Part shown: in pieces, positions 1 through 9,981 of the stretch
Layout: each line of letters opens with the position of its first letter
Numbering within the stretch: the stretch's first letter is position 1
NCBI GenBank assembly: GCA_021792255.1
Contig: JAJYUZ010000004.1
Coordinates: forward strand, 32,001-96,000
Source: Thermoplasmata archaeon
GTDB taxonomy: Archaea > Thermoplasmatota > Thermoplasmata > Thermoplasmatales > GCA-001856825
Reading direction: 5' to 3'
DNA: 64,000 nt
Translations under genes and position numbers: made by a program
The notes under the pieces: model-generated
What the model saw: the letters and a program-made list of their open reading frames with translations, nothing else
Told to the model about the DNA's origin: nothing
The model's database searches: none

Positions 1-720
1 CGACTCAGAATCCAGTAATTTCTTGAGCGAGTTCTTCTGTAAGGAATCAAAGGACTTGTTCTCTATAAGAAACCCCTTTGCTCCAATGGTCTTCTGAAAC
101 ATCTCCTTCAGTGAATTGGAGGTAAGTGAGGCAAATCTGTACTTTGAGGCGATGTGCCCTAAAGCTATTCCTTCGTCTATAGCCATCTTGGTGAACTTGC
201 TGGAGTAGTGCAACCCTCCGATACCACAGTATATCTCCGCGTCTTCGTCAAATGACTCGTATATCGATCTCGCCATCATGTAGCCAATCTCTTTGTCTCC
301 ATACTCTAAGTCACTCGAACCTATCTCAACGAATATGAGCGGGTTCTCCGAAAAAGGACCGTGATGGGTTGCTTCGTAGGTGACTTCAAAATTCATACCT
401 TTGCTGTATTTATTGATATTAAGGAGGACCCCTCTTGCGTACTTTGCATCGTAGCGGGTCATCTTGTTTTTTGCTCCACCGTATTCATTGGCTTCAAAAT
501 TTCCTGCAGCGTGAACGGTGAGACTCCTTATGTTCTTCAGACTCTTGTGCTGACTCGGGATTATTATCAGCTCATCCTTTTTTGCATTTGCGTCCTTCTC
601 CGGATAATCGTGATAGATAGGATGTTCGTTGAGGCCAATGACGTCGACTGAGAAGTTCTTCTCCAGAAAATAACTGATATTCTTACCAGCTACGTCATCG
701 TTGCCGTAGACAACTTTCAT
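1..720 (-). CDS. dtdA: D-aminoacyl-tRNA deacylase (archaeal DtdA/GEK1 family), 3' end runs off the window
   Basis: Not in the ORF track; manual translation from ATG at 720 gives MKVVYGNDDVAG...SLTVHAAGNF...YEATHHGP...IFVEIGSS...IGGLHYSSKF...LGHIASKY, the family motifs. Confidence 0.9.
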   Translation of the reverse strand, partial: MKVVYGNDDVAGKNISYFLEKNFSVDVIGLNEHPIYHDYPEKDANAKKDELIIIPSQHKSLKNIRSLTVHAAGNFEANEYGGAKNKMTRYDAKYARGVLLNINKYSKGMNFEVTYEATHHGPFSENPLIFVEIGSSDLEYGDKEIGYMMARSIYESFDEDAEIYCGIGGLHYSSKFTKMAIDEGIALGHIASKYRFASLTSNSLKEMFQKTIGAKGFLIENKSFDSLQKNSLKKLLDSES

Positions 721-818
721 CGAGCTTTATCACAGTTTTGATTTAAACTCTTTCTCAAGTTAAAGGACGAACAATTTAACAGAGTCGAAAGAACTTAAAT
801 AAAGCGAGACACTACGAA

Positions 819-1478
819 ATGATAATAATGGACTTCCAAAAAGTTCCAGCTCAAATTGTGAGCTGGGAAGAGATCGAAAGATGGGCAGAAATTATCGTAG
901 AAAAAATTGGCGACTTAGAATTCGATTGTGTAATTTCAGTTATCAGAGGGGGACTTGTACCATCAAGAATAGTTGCAGACTATCTGAGCATAAAGGACAT
1001 ATTCACTCTCAAAACGGAACACTGGGGGATCACGGCAACTCCGGACGGAAAGGCAGCTGTCACCTATCCCATAGTGAAAGATCTGAGTGGAAGATCCGTG
1101 CTCCTAGTTGATGACATAACGGATACGGGACAATCCCTGAAACTAGCACTTGATGCCACCAAGCAAAAGAACCCGAGGATAGTCAAGAGTGCGACTTTTC
1201 TTCACATAAACAAAGCAGAAATTGTACCCGATTATTTCGCAGAAGAGGTTACCGCAGACAATTGGAAATGGTTCATCTTCCCGTGGAACAGGAGGGAAGA
1301 TTTCAGAAATCTGATTCTAAATTGCATTGACGTGCCAAGAACAAGGGACGAGATTACCTCGTGTCTGATCAAAAAGAATGATCTGCACATATCTAGGAGG
1401 GAATTCGAGGAGACAATCTCGTGGCTGGAGTATCACGACAAGATCAAGAACGGCAATGGAAAAATATCAAAAGCCTAG
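819..1478 (+). CDS. type I phosphoribosyltransferase (purine PRTase-like)
   Basis: PRPP-binding motif VLLVDDITDTGQSL, IRGGLVP, WFIFPW. Confidence 0.88.
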   Translation: MIIMDFQKVPAQIVSWEEIERWAEIIVEKIGDLEFDCVISVIRGGLVPSRIVADYLSIKDIFTLKTEHWGITATPDGKAAVTYPIVKDLSGRSVLLVDDITDTGQSLKLALDATKQKNPRIVKSATFLHINKAEIVPDYFAEEVTADNWKWFIFPWNRREDFRNLILNCIDVPRTRDEITSCLIKKNDLHISRREFEETISWLEYHDKIKNGNGKISKA

Positions 1479-2404
1479 GTAGTAACTATAGTGCCTGCCT
1501 TATCCTTCAGAGCATCGTTCATATTTTCTGCGTTTGTCACGATCGCCTTTCTTCCGGTCTTCTCAACGAAGTTTACCGCTGCGTCAATCTTAGGAAGCAT
1601 ACTCCCAGCTGCAAAGTGACCCTCCTTTCTCAACTTCTTTAGCTCATCAACACCGATTAATCCGAGCTTCTGTCTCTCTGGTCTGTTGAAATTTATGTAA
1701 GCCGCATCGACTGCGGTCAATATTATAAAACAATCGACATCGAGTTCGACTGCTATGAGTGAAGAAGCTAAATCCTTATCTATCACAGCCTCGACTCCAG
1801 AATAACCTCCATCTGTCTTAACGACTGGAATCCCTCCCCCGCCCGCAGCGATGGGAACGAAATTTCCATTCATCAGATATCTAATCTGTTCTATCTCAAC
1901 GATGTCGACCGGGGCTGGAGATGGCACGACTCTTCTGTACCCTCTCCCAGCATCCTCCTTCATCACAAATCCGTTGTTCATTTCCAGTATCCTAGCTTCA
2001 TCTCTGGTGTAGTACTTTCCGACAGGTTTCGTAGGGTTCTTGAAAGCCGGATCATTTCTTTCCACTACTGTCCTAGTAATTAGAGTCACAACTTTCTTTT
2101 GGATCCCCATATCGTTGAAGATTTTCTGGAAGGATGTCTGCAGGAAATAACCAATGTTTCCCTGAGACATTGCTCCGCAAACGTCAAGAGGCATAGCAGG
2201 ACTCACGGAACTCGAAAACTCGTTTTGAAGTAATATTGCCCCGACCTGTGGACCGTTTCCATGTGTCAGTACTACTTCATTGTCTCTAAAAAATTCATAC
2301 GTCTTTTTGGCCGTGATTTCTGCACGATAGATCTGTTCTTCGGCAGTTCCTCGGTCATATTTTTCCAGAAGTGCATTACCTCCCACAGCCAAGGTAGCTT
2401 TCAT
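1475..2404 (-). CDS. arcC: carbamate kinase
   Basis: VGGNAL, THGNGPQVG, DPAFKNPTKPVG, RRVVPSP, EAVIDKD, GSMLPK. Confidence 0.95.
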   Translation of the reverse strand: MKATLAVGGNALLEKYDRGTAEEQIYRAEITAKKTYEFFRDNEVVLTHGNGPQVGAILLQNEFSSSVSPAMPLDVCGAMSQGNIGYFLQTSFQKIFNDMGIQKKVVTLITRTVVERNDPAFKNPTKPVGKYYTRDEARILEMNNGFVMKEDAGRGYRRVVPSPAPVDIVEIEQIRYLMNGNFVPIAAGGGGIPVVKTDGGYSGVEAVIDKDLASSLIAVELDVDCFIILTAVDAAYINFNRPERQKLGLIGVDELKKLRKEGHFAAGSMLPKIDAAVNFVEKTGRKAIVTNAENMNDALKDKAGTIVTT

Positions 2405-2795
2405 TAGTCTACTCCAGAGAAGAGTGAAGTTCTTCCGACCTTATGAAAATTACCATAGATCCAGGCTGAGACGTACAGAGTGCATACAAGGAGTGGGTGC
2501 AGACCCTCGCAACGCCCTGGCACTCGGAATATGCAACGGATCCGGGAGTGCAGACTGAAAATTTGACAGCCTAAAGAGCGCTCCCCTCATTTGTACTGAT
2601 AGTGGAGGCGATGCAAACGAAATTGTATCAGAGAGGTGAAGGAAGATAGAGGGAAGATACAAGACAATCGAAGCCGGTCGCATTCCAGTGGTCACCAAAC
2701 CTGATGAAACGGTCCGAGCCATTTTAGACCTGTCAATTGGGTGAACCTAGAGCATGAATTACAAAGTCCTTAAAGACAGGCTTTAGCCCATGGTC

Positions 2796-3410
2796 TCACT
2801 TTAGAATCCTTCCGGTCATCAAGTACCAGATAACGAGGTCCATTATTCCGGGTTCCAGACCATACTTAGTCGAAATATGGAGAAACAGTTTTTCTTCCCT
2901 TTCATAGTCCTTCTTGCTTTTGATTTGAATGTCCTTGTCAAAGTAGCTTGAAAGAAAGCTCTGAATGTGCTTATCCAGGATGGGATAGTCAAAATATCCA
3001 ATGTTCCTCAGAAAATGTGAAGATTCTTTCATCCCAATTCCCATATATCTTTCCATAAGCAGGCTCCTCCTATCTTTCGACTTCAGTATTTCTTCAAGCG
3101 AGGTTCTGTTCTCGTAGTTCATCGCAATGAATCGCGATCTTGTGTTTGGAAACCTATAATGACAGCCCACTAGAGCTTTCCTCAGGCTGGCTTCGTCAAA
3201 TCTACTGAGTCTATCCAGAGCTTCTTGGCATCTCAGTCCCATTTCGGCTGAGGTGTTAGCGGTCAGAGTACAGAATGTAAGTTCCGAGAATTTCTCGGCA
3301 TTGCTTGCCCGTCCTTTACTGGAAAACTCTTCTTTCTTTTTGAGAATGATAGCAAAAATTTTCTCGTCATTGATGACGGAATCAATCTTTCCGTCGAGAG
3401 ATTGGAGCAT
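2796..3410 (-). CDS. ogg: 8-oxoguanine N-glycosylase/DNA lyase (archaeal Ogg2 type)
   Basis: ELTFCTLTANTSA, YRFPNTR, HhH motif GIGMKESSHFLRNIG, ILDKH, DLVIWY. Confidence 0.92.
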   Translation of the reverse strand: MLQSLDGKIDSVINDEKIFAIILKKKEEFSSKGRASNAEKFSELTFCTLTANTSAEMGLRCQEALDRLSRFDEASLRKALVGCHYRFPNTRSRFIAMNYENRTSLEEILKSKDRRSLLMERYMGIGMKESSHFLRNIGYFDYPILDKHIQSFLSSYFDKDIQIKSKKDYEREEKLFLHISTKYGLEPGIMDLVIWYLMTGRILK

Positions 3411-3577
3411 CCAAAAAGTTATGCGTTCTATAATCTATACTTTACGTTGATCTGCACCTCTCTGTAGATCTATTATGCTTTCACTAAAAGAAATTGCTTG
3501 TTTGCCATCAATAGAATTTGTCTACAACACAAATCATATTTATATTTAATAGTTATACATTATAACGGTGAATATAA

Positions 3578-3793
3578 ATGGGCGATCTTACACCACCCGC
3601 TCAAAAAGTTTATGATACCCTTAAAAGACTTGGGTCAACCACAGAAGACAAACTGAAGACCGCAGACGACATTATGAAGGGAAGTGCAATGGGCAAAGGT
3701 CTGGTAACCAATGCGCTTCAGGAACTTCAGAACAAGGGATATGTAAAGAGGGTCGTTAGGCAAAAGAGTGCAGGGTACTTCGTTGTCAAATGA
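3578..3793 (+). CDS. small basic winged-helix DNA-binding protein
   Basis: 71 aa, helix-helix-wing pattern (TADDIM...VTNALQELQNKGYVKRV...YFVV); AT-rich promoter and GGTGA upstream. Confidence 0.75.
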   Translation: MGDLTPPAQKVYDTLKRLGSTTEDKLKTADDIMKGSAMGKGLVTNALQELQNKGYVKRVVRQKSAGYFVVK

Positions 3794-4962
3794 ACAAGAC
3801 ACTAGTCCTGTGCGTTGACCGGGACAATGATTTTGGAGAGAAAGCGGGAGTAAAATCTCCCATTATGGGAAGAGGTGCAAATCTAGATGCGGCAAACTCC
3901 CTCATCCTGAGAGACGCAGAGGATTCTGACTCTAATGCACTTTTTTCAGCTATTTCCACATACGATTCTTTGGTCAAGGGGGGAGAGAACGTTGAGATCG
4001 CAACGATATGCGGAAACAAGAACGTTGGAACGGTTTCTGACGAAATCTTGGGTAGACAGATAGACGAAGTGATTTCATCTCTAAATCCGAACGACGTCGT
4101 AGTTGTCTCCGATGGAGCTGAGGACGATTTTATTCTACCTTTGATTCAAAGCAGGATCAAGATTCGAGCGATCAAGAGAGTCACCGTAAGGCAAGCACCC
4201 CAAATAGAATCGCTGTATTACATAGTAATCAAAGCATTGAAAGAAGAAAAGTTTCTTAAAAAGGTGCTTGTGCCAATTGGAGTAGCTTTCTTGGTGCTGG
4301 GGCTCACAATACTTTTTGTCCTCGGGTTGAGAGTTTACTTCTATGGGCTAAATAGCCTGGATCCAGCTACTACGGGGTTCATGACCGTTGTTTCGGCAAT
4401 CGGAATTTATTTCATAAACAAAGCATACTCGATGGGAAAAAGGATACGAGACGGAGTTTCAAAGCTGGTCGAAGAATTCGTAAACACGAGGGTGACGGTA
4501 TTTTCGCTGCTCATCTCTATCGCTGTTTTCGCCTATGGCATTTACAGCGGTCTTGTTGTGGCTTTTAGTACAAAGTTGGCAATCCTAGGTATCATCTACT
4601 TGATCTACAGAATCGTTCCTTTCACGATAGCAGCTATTTTGATATTTGATACGGGAAGAATAGTAGAGGGATTTCTGATATATGAAAAGGGGAAGAGGTC
4701 AGAAGTGATTAAGTCCTACCTACTCTCGGCATCGTTTTACATTAGTTTCTTTGCTGCAGTTCTCGGTCTCCTTTCGTTCGTCATTTTCGGATATCAGACG
4801 GGGACGATAAAAGCTGACTATCTGGTGCTTGCAATTGTCTTGACGGTGCTTGGAGTGGGCCTCGGTGTGATAATATCCATATTTAGAAGGAAATATGCAA
4901 AAGGACTTCAGGATCTCAGCGAAGAAAGTGGAGCTTCACAAAAGGATAGTCGCGACCTTTAG
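3790..4962 (+). CDS. DUF373 family membrane protein
   Basis: LVLCVDRDNDFG, EDSDSN, VSDGAEDD, VRQA N-terminal domain followed by several TM segments. Confidence 0.9.
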   Translation: MNKTLVLCVDRDNDFGEKAGVKSPIMGRGANLDAANSLILRDAEDSDSNALFSAISTYDSLVKGGENVEIATICGNKNVGTVSDEILGRQIDEVISSLNPNDVVVVSDGAEDDFILPLIQSRIKIRAIKRVTVRQAPQIESLYYIVIKALKEEKFLKKVLVPIGVAFLVLGLTILFVLGLRVYFYGLNSLDPATTGFMTVVSAIGIYFINKAYSMGKRIRDGVSKLVEEFVNTRVTVFSLLISIAVFAYGIYSGLVVAFSTKLAILGIIYLIYRIVPFTIAAILIFDTGRIVEGFLIYEKGKRSEVIKSYLLSASFYISFFAAVLGLLSFVIFGYQTGTIKADYLVLAIVLTVLGVGLGVIISIFRRKYAKGLQDLSEESGASQKDSRDL

Positions 4963-5518
4963 GTTCAATCCATATAGAGATTTTCTAGCCGGGATTGAAC
5001 TGAACAGCATAATTGCAGAGAATCTATGGCACAAGCTTCCAAAGAAGAGAGTCGTAAGCGTCATAGGACCTTCCAATCCTTCCAGCGGGCCAGAAGGATA
5101 TGTGATAGTGGCAGACTCGGCCCTCGATCATTACGATGGAAGGTGCGATATGATCGTTTCAGACTTGGATGGGCCAGTTGACAAGATACTGAATCACGAA
5201 GAGAGCATCAAAGTAATTCACGCTCATGGAGATAACATTGAAAAACTTAGGGAACACGTCCCAAGCATGAAGGGGACCGTCCTGGGAACTACTCAGAGCA
5301 TTCCTCTCAAGAGAGTAAGGAACATAGGGGGATTCACTGATGGTGACCGGAGTGTGATCATGGGCACTTTGGTCGGTGCAAGCCTGATATATGTTCACGG
5401 TTTTGATTACGCTCATCCGGTGGATACTCCCTCTGAAGAAAAACTGAAAAAAATGCAATTTGGGAAAGAAATAATCGATAACATAAAAAGCGCAAAAGTT
5501 GTATACGTCCGAGGATGA
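4895..5518 (+). CDS. mptE: 6-hydroxymethyl-7,8-dihydropterin pyrophosphokinase (MptE/DUF115); start may be GTG at 4928
   Basis: IVADSA, IVSDLDG, HAHGDN, GGFTDGDR, GFD, KLKKM motifs. Confidence 0.85.
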   Translation: MQKDFRISAKKVELHKRIVATFRFNPYRDFLAGIELNSIIAENLWHKLPKKRVVSVIGPSNPSSGPEGYVIVADSALDHYDGRCDMIVSDLDGPVDKILNHEESIKVIHAHGDNIEKLREHVPSMKGTVLGTTQSIPLKRVRNIGGFTDGDRSVIMGTLVGASLIYVHGFDYAHPVDTPSEEKLKKMQFGKEIIDNIKSAKVVYVRG

Positions 5519-5952
5519 TTATCGCTGATAGTATGCTCGGCAAGCTGTCAAGGTACCTGAGAATGATTGGCTATGACGTCGAGTACGTAGAAAGTGACAA
5601 GGATGATTCTTATATAGTCAACAGATCCGAAAACAACTTGATTCTCACGAGGGACAAACAGCTGCACGAGAAATTGAGGAATTCGGTTCTCATAAAATCC
5701 TACAGTCCTATCGAGCAGCTTGAGGAGCTTAAGGACAAATTGCCAGCTCCACAGCATCGCTTCATGGAATTGTGCAGCATCTGCGGCGCGGTCCTTGAAA
5801 AAACTGAAGTCAAGGAAGGTTTACCGGATTACGTCAATAGAGATGCGATAGAGATATTCTACTGCAGAAATTGTGACAAATTTTACTGGAACGGAAGTCA
5901 CACCGAAAACTTCAGAAAAATTGCGGAGAGGGCGGGCATTGAGATTCTCTAG
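5515..5952 (+). CDS. Mut7-C RNase domain protein (DUF82, PIN plus zinc ribbon)
   Basis: ADSMLGKLSRYLRMIGYD, ILTRD, CxxC...CxxC, FYWNGSH. Confidence 0.92.
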   Translation: MIIADSMLGKLSRYLRMIGYDVEYVESDKDDSYIVNRSENNLILTRDKQLHEKLRNSVLIKSYSPIEQLEELKDKLPAPQHRFMELCSICGAVLEKTEVKEGLPDYVNRDAIEIFYCRNCDKFYWNGSHTENFRKIAERAGIEIL

Positions 5953-6934
5953 CCAGAAAGAACTTTTGAATATCGAGGTCGCAAGCGGAGAAGATCTCTG
6001 GTACCTTTCTCTTCTGATTAAAGAAGGCGACGTTCTCGTTGCTGAAGTGCTGAGGAGAGTAGAACGGAAGGAGGACGTCATTAGAAGCAAGAAAACGGAA
6101 CGAGAACGGATAAAAGTATCTATCAAGATAGAAAGCTTAGAGTTCGAAGAAATCTCCTCGAGGTTACACATCTTAGGGCAGATAACGAGTGGGCCGGAAG
6201 ATTATCTTGGAGAACACCAGTCTATAAATGTTGAACCTGGGTCCAACCTCATTATCCTCCCACATGACAGAGATGGCTTCATCAGAAACTTGGAAGAGGC
6301 ATCAAATTTGACAAACTCGACCGTACTTGTCCTTTCCACAGACGATCAAAATATCACACTGTTCGGAATCAACGAATCGAGTAATGAAATGATCTGGAGG
6401 ATTCCGACAGGTTCGGGTAAAATGTACGAAGGAAAGGAGGCCAACAACCGTTACGAGTTCCTCGAGAGACTGGAGGGCTATAGACAGTCAGAGATCTACG
6501 TAATTGGGCCATCGATATTCAGGGATTCGACCTCCAAGCTGCTATCGCAGAACGGCTACAAGGCGATCAACACGCAGGTCGGGAGCTCTGAAGAGGACGG
6601 GATAAGGGAACTCCTACAGGAAGGGATCATAAATCTCAGGAGAAGTGTAGAAAGCAAGCTCGTCACCGATTTCTTGAAGGGAGTTGGAAGTGGCATGTCT
6701 TCCTACGGAAAGAAAGAGGTAGAAAGAGCTCTGGACATTCGTTCCGTATCTACACTGCTGATGTCGGATAAATTCTTCAAGAGCTCACGAGTGACCGACT
6801 ACTTGACAAAGTGCTATAATGGTGGGTGCAAGCTCTTCGTTGTCCACAGCTCTTGGGAAACAGGGAAAGTGATAGAATCCTACGGGGGTATCGTAGCTCT
6901 ACTCAGGTTCAGGACCGACTTTTCATCCGCCTGA
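5939..6934 (+). CDS. pelA: pelota/Dom34 ribosome-rescue factor (start refined to TTG 5939)
   Basis: EDLWYLSLLIKEGD, RLHILGQI, GEHQSINVEPG, YGKKEVERAL, YGGIVALLRF. Confidence 0.92.
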   Translation: MRFSSQKELLNIEVASGEDLWYLSLLIKEGDVLVAEVLRRVERKEDVIRSKKTERERIKVSIKIESLEFEEISSRLHILGQITSGPEDYLGEHQSINVEPGSNLIILPHDRDGFIRNLEEASNLTNSTVLVLSTDDQNITLFGINESSNEMIWRIPTGSGKMYEGKEANNRYEFLERLEGYRQSEIYVIGPSIFRDSTSKLLSQNGYKAINTQVGSSEEDGIRELLQEGIINLRRSVESKLVTDFLKGVGSGMSSYGKKEVERALDIRSVSTLLMSDKFFKSSRVTDYLTKCYNGGCKLFVVHSSWETGKVIESYGGIVALLRFRTDFSSA

Positions 6935-7120
6935 AAACGATTTGATTATGGTTATATCGTCTTCATCTCCGAGCTGGATATCCTCTGGAATGGGTCTCCC
7001 ATTTCTCATTATGATGGCGGAGCTGGAGCTCAGGCCTAGCTGTTTCAAAACGGTCTGACCGCTCTTGTCTCCTTCGATTTGAATTTCTCCATTTTCTCCG
7101 AAAATCTTTATCCTCACCAT
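6923..7120 (-). CDS. ubiquitin-like small archaeal modifier/sulfur carrier (SAMP/MoaD/ThiS)
   Basis: 65 aa beta-grasp pattern (RNGRPIPED...DDITII) ending in C-terminal GG. Confidence 0.85.
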   Translation of the reverse strand: MVRIKIFGENGEIQIEGDKSGQTVLKQLGLSSSSAIIMRNGRPIPEDIQLGDEDDITIIKSFSGG

Positions 7121-7502
7121 TCTCTAAGCAAGTGGTAATTGGAAGGTGCGATAAAACCTTTGATAACCTTCATTTATTCTTCTTTGCCTTTCCAAGTTCC
7201 CACTAAAGATGGTAAAGTTAGCTTCGTTCCCATTATTATCTTCTTTATCCCGACATGGACCCCTCACCTCTGTTCTTCACACCCTCAAGGGGGTGAGGAT
7301 AACCTTCCTTGTCAGTGGCAGTAATGTGGTGAAGAGACTGGATGCAAAGGGTGATAATGAAATTAGGGAGAATTTCTAAGAACTTTATGGACTAGTAGTT
7401 GTGCTTGCAAAAAAATGTTGTTTACAATCGTTAGAAATTTACTGTTTTGGCCCTTTCTTCTGCGTAAGGTTTATTTTTGGCCATCAATTATTAAAAGCAC
7501 AG

Positions 7503-7688
7503 ATGAAAGTGACTCCTGTAGTAACTAGCGCAGTTCTTATGGTGGTGGGAGTAGCGTTGTATTTCCTAGCCAGCTTTACGATATTTGGATGGATAGGGAT
7601 ATTTTTAGCAATAGGAGGGCTCGTCTTACTTGTCAGAGCCTTGAACCAAGGGACTCCAAAGAAGAAGGAAAAACTTCTCAAAAATTAG
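7503..7688 (+). CDS. small two-TM membrane protein
   Basis: ATG 7503, two hydrophobic helices, lysine-rich tail. Confidence 0.6.
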   Translation: MKVTPVVTSAVLMVVGVALYFLASFTIFGWIGIFLAIGGLVLLVRALNQGTPKKKEKLLKN

Positions 7689-7704
7689 TTCTTTGAATTT
7701 TGTA

Positions 7705-7720
7705 GAGGATTTCGAAAACC
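7705..7720 (+). repeat. left terminal inverted repeat of IS5 element
   Basis: GAGGATTTCGAAAACC matches the reverse complement of 8836-8852 with one mismatch and one gap. Confidence 0.82.
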
Positions 7721-7780
7721 CTCTTGTTTGACCAAGTTTGATAACAGAAATCTTTATCCATGCTATGGCCATTAAACGGC

Positions 7781-8710
7781 ATGGCCAGCTTACTTGATGA
7801 ATCAATCAAGGAGAAGTACAGGCAGTACTTCATCAACGATCCCCTCAAGTTCATGAAGGAGTCAATAGACTGGCGCGTCTTTCCGCCTTTATTGAAGGAT
7901 CTATACCACAACGACACAGAAGAGGGAGGAAGGCCCAACATTCCCATAATCAACATGGTCAAGATACTCTTCCTCCAGTCTCTATACAACCTCTCTGACC
8001 AGCAGGCAGAGAAGGAGATTCATTACAGGACATCCTTGATGAACTTCCTTGACTACCCTGACATTCTTCCAGACTCAAAGACCATATGGTTCTTCCGTGA
8101 GAGGCTGTCGAAGACGGGAAGGGATAGAATCGTATGGAACGAGCTGCAACGGCAGCTTGATTCCAAGGGCATAAAGATAAGAAGGGGAACCATACAGGAT
8201 GGCACTTTCATCACCTCCGATCCCTGCCATGAGAAGCACAAGGAAACGAGAGAACTGGCAAAGACAAGAAGGTCAAAGGATGGAACGTTCACCAAGAAGA
8301 ACAACAAGACCTTCTTTGGTTACAAGGGTCGTATTCTGACGGACGACAATTCCGTACCGTTTATCAAGTCATATGCAGTGACATCAGCATCCGTTCACGA
8401 CTCAAGGATAGACCTATCAAGAAAGGGCATACCCGTTTACAGGGATTAAGGCTACTTCCGAGTTAGGCCAAAGGGATACGATGTCACTATGGCAAAGGCT
8501 CTCAGAGGTTTCAGTCTCAGCATAAGGAGCATCCTCAGGAATAGAAGAATATCTAGGAAGAGAGCATTGGTGGAATATCAGTTTGCCATCATCAAAAGGG
8601 TATTCCACTTCTCACACACCTTGGTAACTCTATCCAGAAGAGTTAGAGTCAAATTCATGTTCTCATGCTTCGCTTACAATCTCTTCGCACTGAATATTAT
8701 GAAGGGATAG
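7781..8710 (+). pseudogene. IS5 transposase with in-frame nonsense codon at 8447-8449
   Basis: GGRP, LQSLYNLSD, IQDGT, GYKG, YRD-TAA-GY (expected DKGY), RALVEYQFAIIK; ORFs 7760-8449 and 8489-8710 are in the same frame. Confidence 0.88.
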
Positions 8711-8835
8711 CTATGGCTATCCATAATATCTAAAAAATAGGGAGAAAATAGAGCAAAAAGAGGTTATTCTACGGACACTGTAACAAGAATATCGGTCTCT
8801 CTGCCCTAACATCAATTTACTCTCTAAAACTGATA

Positions 8836-8852
8836 GGTTATTCGGAATCCTC
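8836..8852 (-). repeat. right terminal inverted repeat of IS5 element
   Basis: Reverse complement GAGGATTCCGAATAACC. Confidence 0.82.
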
Positions 8853-8982
8853 TAGGGTGTATGAGCATCTAGATATAACGGCATAGTTTTGGCACTACAG
8901 AAGACTTAATCGGTCAATACCGAAAAATACGCTGTCGCAAGGCATTATTAGTGCACATCCACGTAAAGTCACGGCAGTAACA

Positions 8983-8990
8983 TTTATATA
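8983..8990 (+). promoter_or_regulatory. TATA box upstream of exported protein gene
   Basis: TTTATATA, 22 nt upstream of the in-frame ACG that begins a signal-peptide-like stretch. Confidence 0.5.
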
Positions 8991-9012
8991 TTGTATTTCA
9001 AGTCTTTCATTC

Positions 9013-9981
9013 ACGAAAGTCAAATTCTTACTCATAGTTTTCGTAGGGGCAACAATGATACTGTCAGCAGGATTCATCGGAATGGCTAACGCAACTAGCG
9101 AGCCAGGGACTGCCGCAATTCTGCATGAAACTCTTAACGCAAACGCTTACAACCTTAATGGCCATCAACAGCGGGCTCCTCCTAGCGGTTATGGAGCATG
9201 GGAGAGCATAAACGGTGGCCCTTGGATCAAACAGAAACTTTTAACCCAAAATGGCAGCAATTACACTGGACCGGTTCTGACTCCAGGTCAGGGTGGAGAA
9301 GGAGGAAGTAACGGGATCGAAGGCGTTTATGCATCTTCTGGAGTCATAAATAATGTGGAAGAGACAGTTGCTTTCTCTCAATATTCTGGGGAATATGACA
9401 GCATCACGGGCACATCCAATACGTGGAGTGTTCAGGTAAATAGTAACTATTTCGGTAGCAGTAACGACCGCTGGGTTCAGTGGGGTCTAATAAACAACTA
9501 CGATAGTTACTCTCAATTCACGGTCGTCGAATGGTACGATATCAATCAGCCTGGAGCCAATATAAATAATTTCGTTTACATACCTACACAAACGCTCTCA
9601 ACTTCCATTGATATTATAATAACCGCCAGTGCTGAGAACGGCAATCTTCAAGGAATTCTAGACATTGTTACACCGTCTGGTAGTAATGAATGGGTGGTGA
9701 ACCTGCAGGACAAGTACAACCTAGAAGGAAATTGGTCATCGGTCAGCGGTACTATCCTTGGTGCCGCCCAAGGAAGTACAGCAGAATTTACAAACCCTAC
9801 AACAGATATGAAATGGATTAATGCAAGTGCCCCATCGCCCATGAACGCATATCAGAGTCCTACATTCATAACCGGGGAACAGAACAACTTAAGCATCGAA
9901 TCGATCACAACGAACTGGGATAACTATCCAGGATTTTACGAGTTTAACCTGGGCGTAGAATCAAGTACGGAGGTACAATGA
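9013..9981 (+). CDS. exported beta-rich protein, possible thermopsin-like or glutamic-type peptidase (first ATG at 9055)
   Basis: Signal-like KVKFLLIVFVGATMILSAGFIGMANA; S/T/N/G-rich; WSVQVNSN...WVQW and TGEQNNL motifs. Confidence 0.6.
   Translation, partial: TKVKFLLIVFVGATMILSAGFIGMANATSEPGTAAILHETLNANAYNLNGHQQRAPPSGYGAWESINGGPWIKQKLLTQNGSNYTGPVLTPGQGGEGGSNGIEGVYASSGVINNVEETVAFSQYSGEYDSITGTSNTWSVQVNSNYFGSSNDRWVQWGLINNYDSYSQFTVVEWYDINQPGANINNFVYIPTQTLSTSIDIIITASAENGNLQGILDIVTPSGSNEWVVNLQDKYNLEGNWSSVSGTILGAAQGSTAEFTNPTTDMKWINASAPSPMNAYQSPTFITGEQNNLSIESITTNWDNYPGFYEFNLGVESSTEVQ

Larger units (their letters stand above)
7705..8852 (+). mobile_element. IS5-family insertion sequence (about 1.15 kb), flanked by TA on both sides
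   Basis: Imperfect terminal inverted repeats GAGGATTTCGAAAACC / GGTTATTCGGAATCCTC enclosing a DDE transposase. Confidence 0.88.

Noticed and set aside
2695-2725. CTGATGA hammerhead-like core (also near 10484)
   Set aside because: No stem II followed by GAAA and no flanking helices
2490-2745. Stop-interrupted plus-strand frame ending GRYKTIEAGRIPVVTKPDETVRAILDL, resembling an alpha/beta-hydrolase C-terminus
   Set aside because: Two internal stops, no catalytic His, and too short to call without a search; at most a decayed remnant
7258-7320. GC-rich hairpin (TCACACCC-TCAA-GGGGGTGA) resembling an IS200/IS605 end or an ncRNA
   Set aside because: Single short imperfect hairpin, no tnpA/tnpB remnant and no second copy
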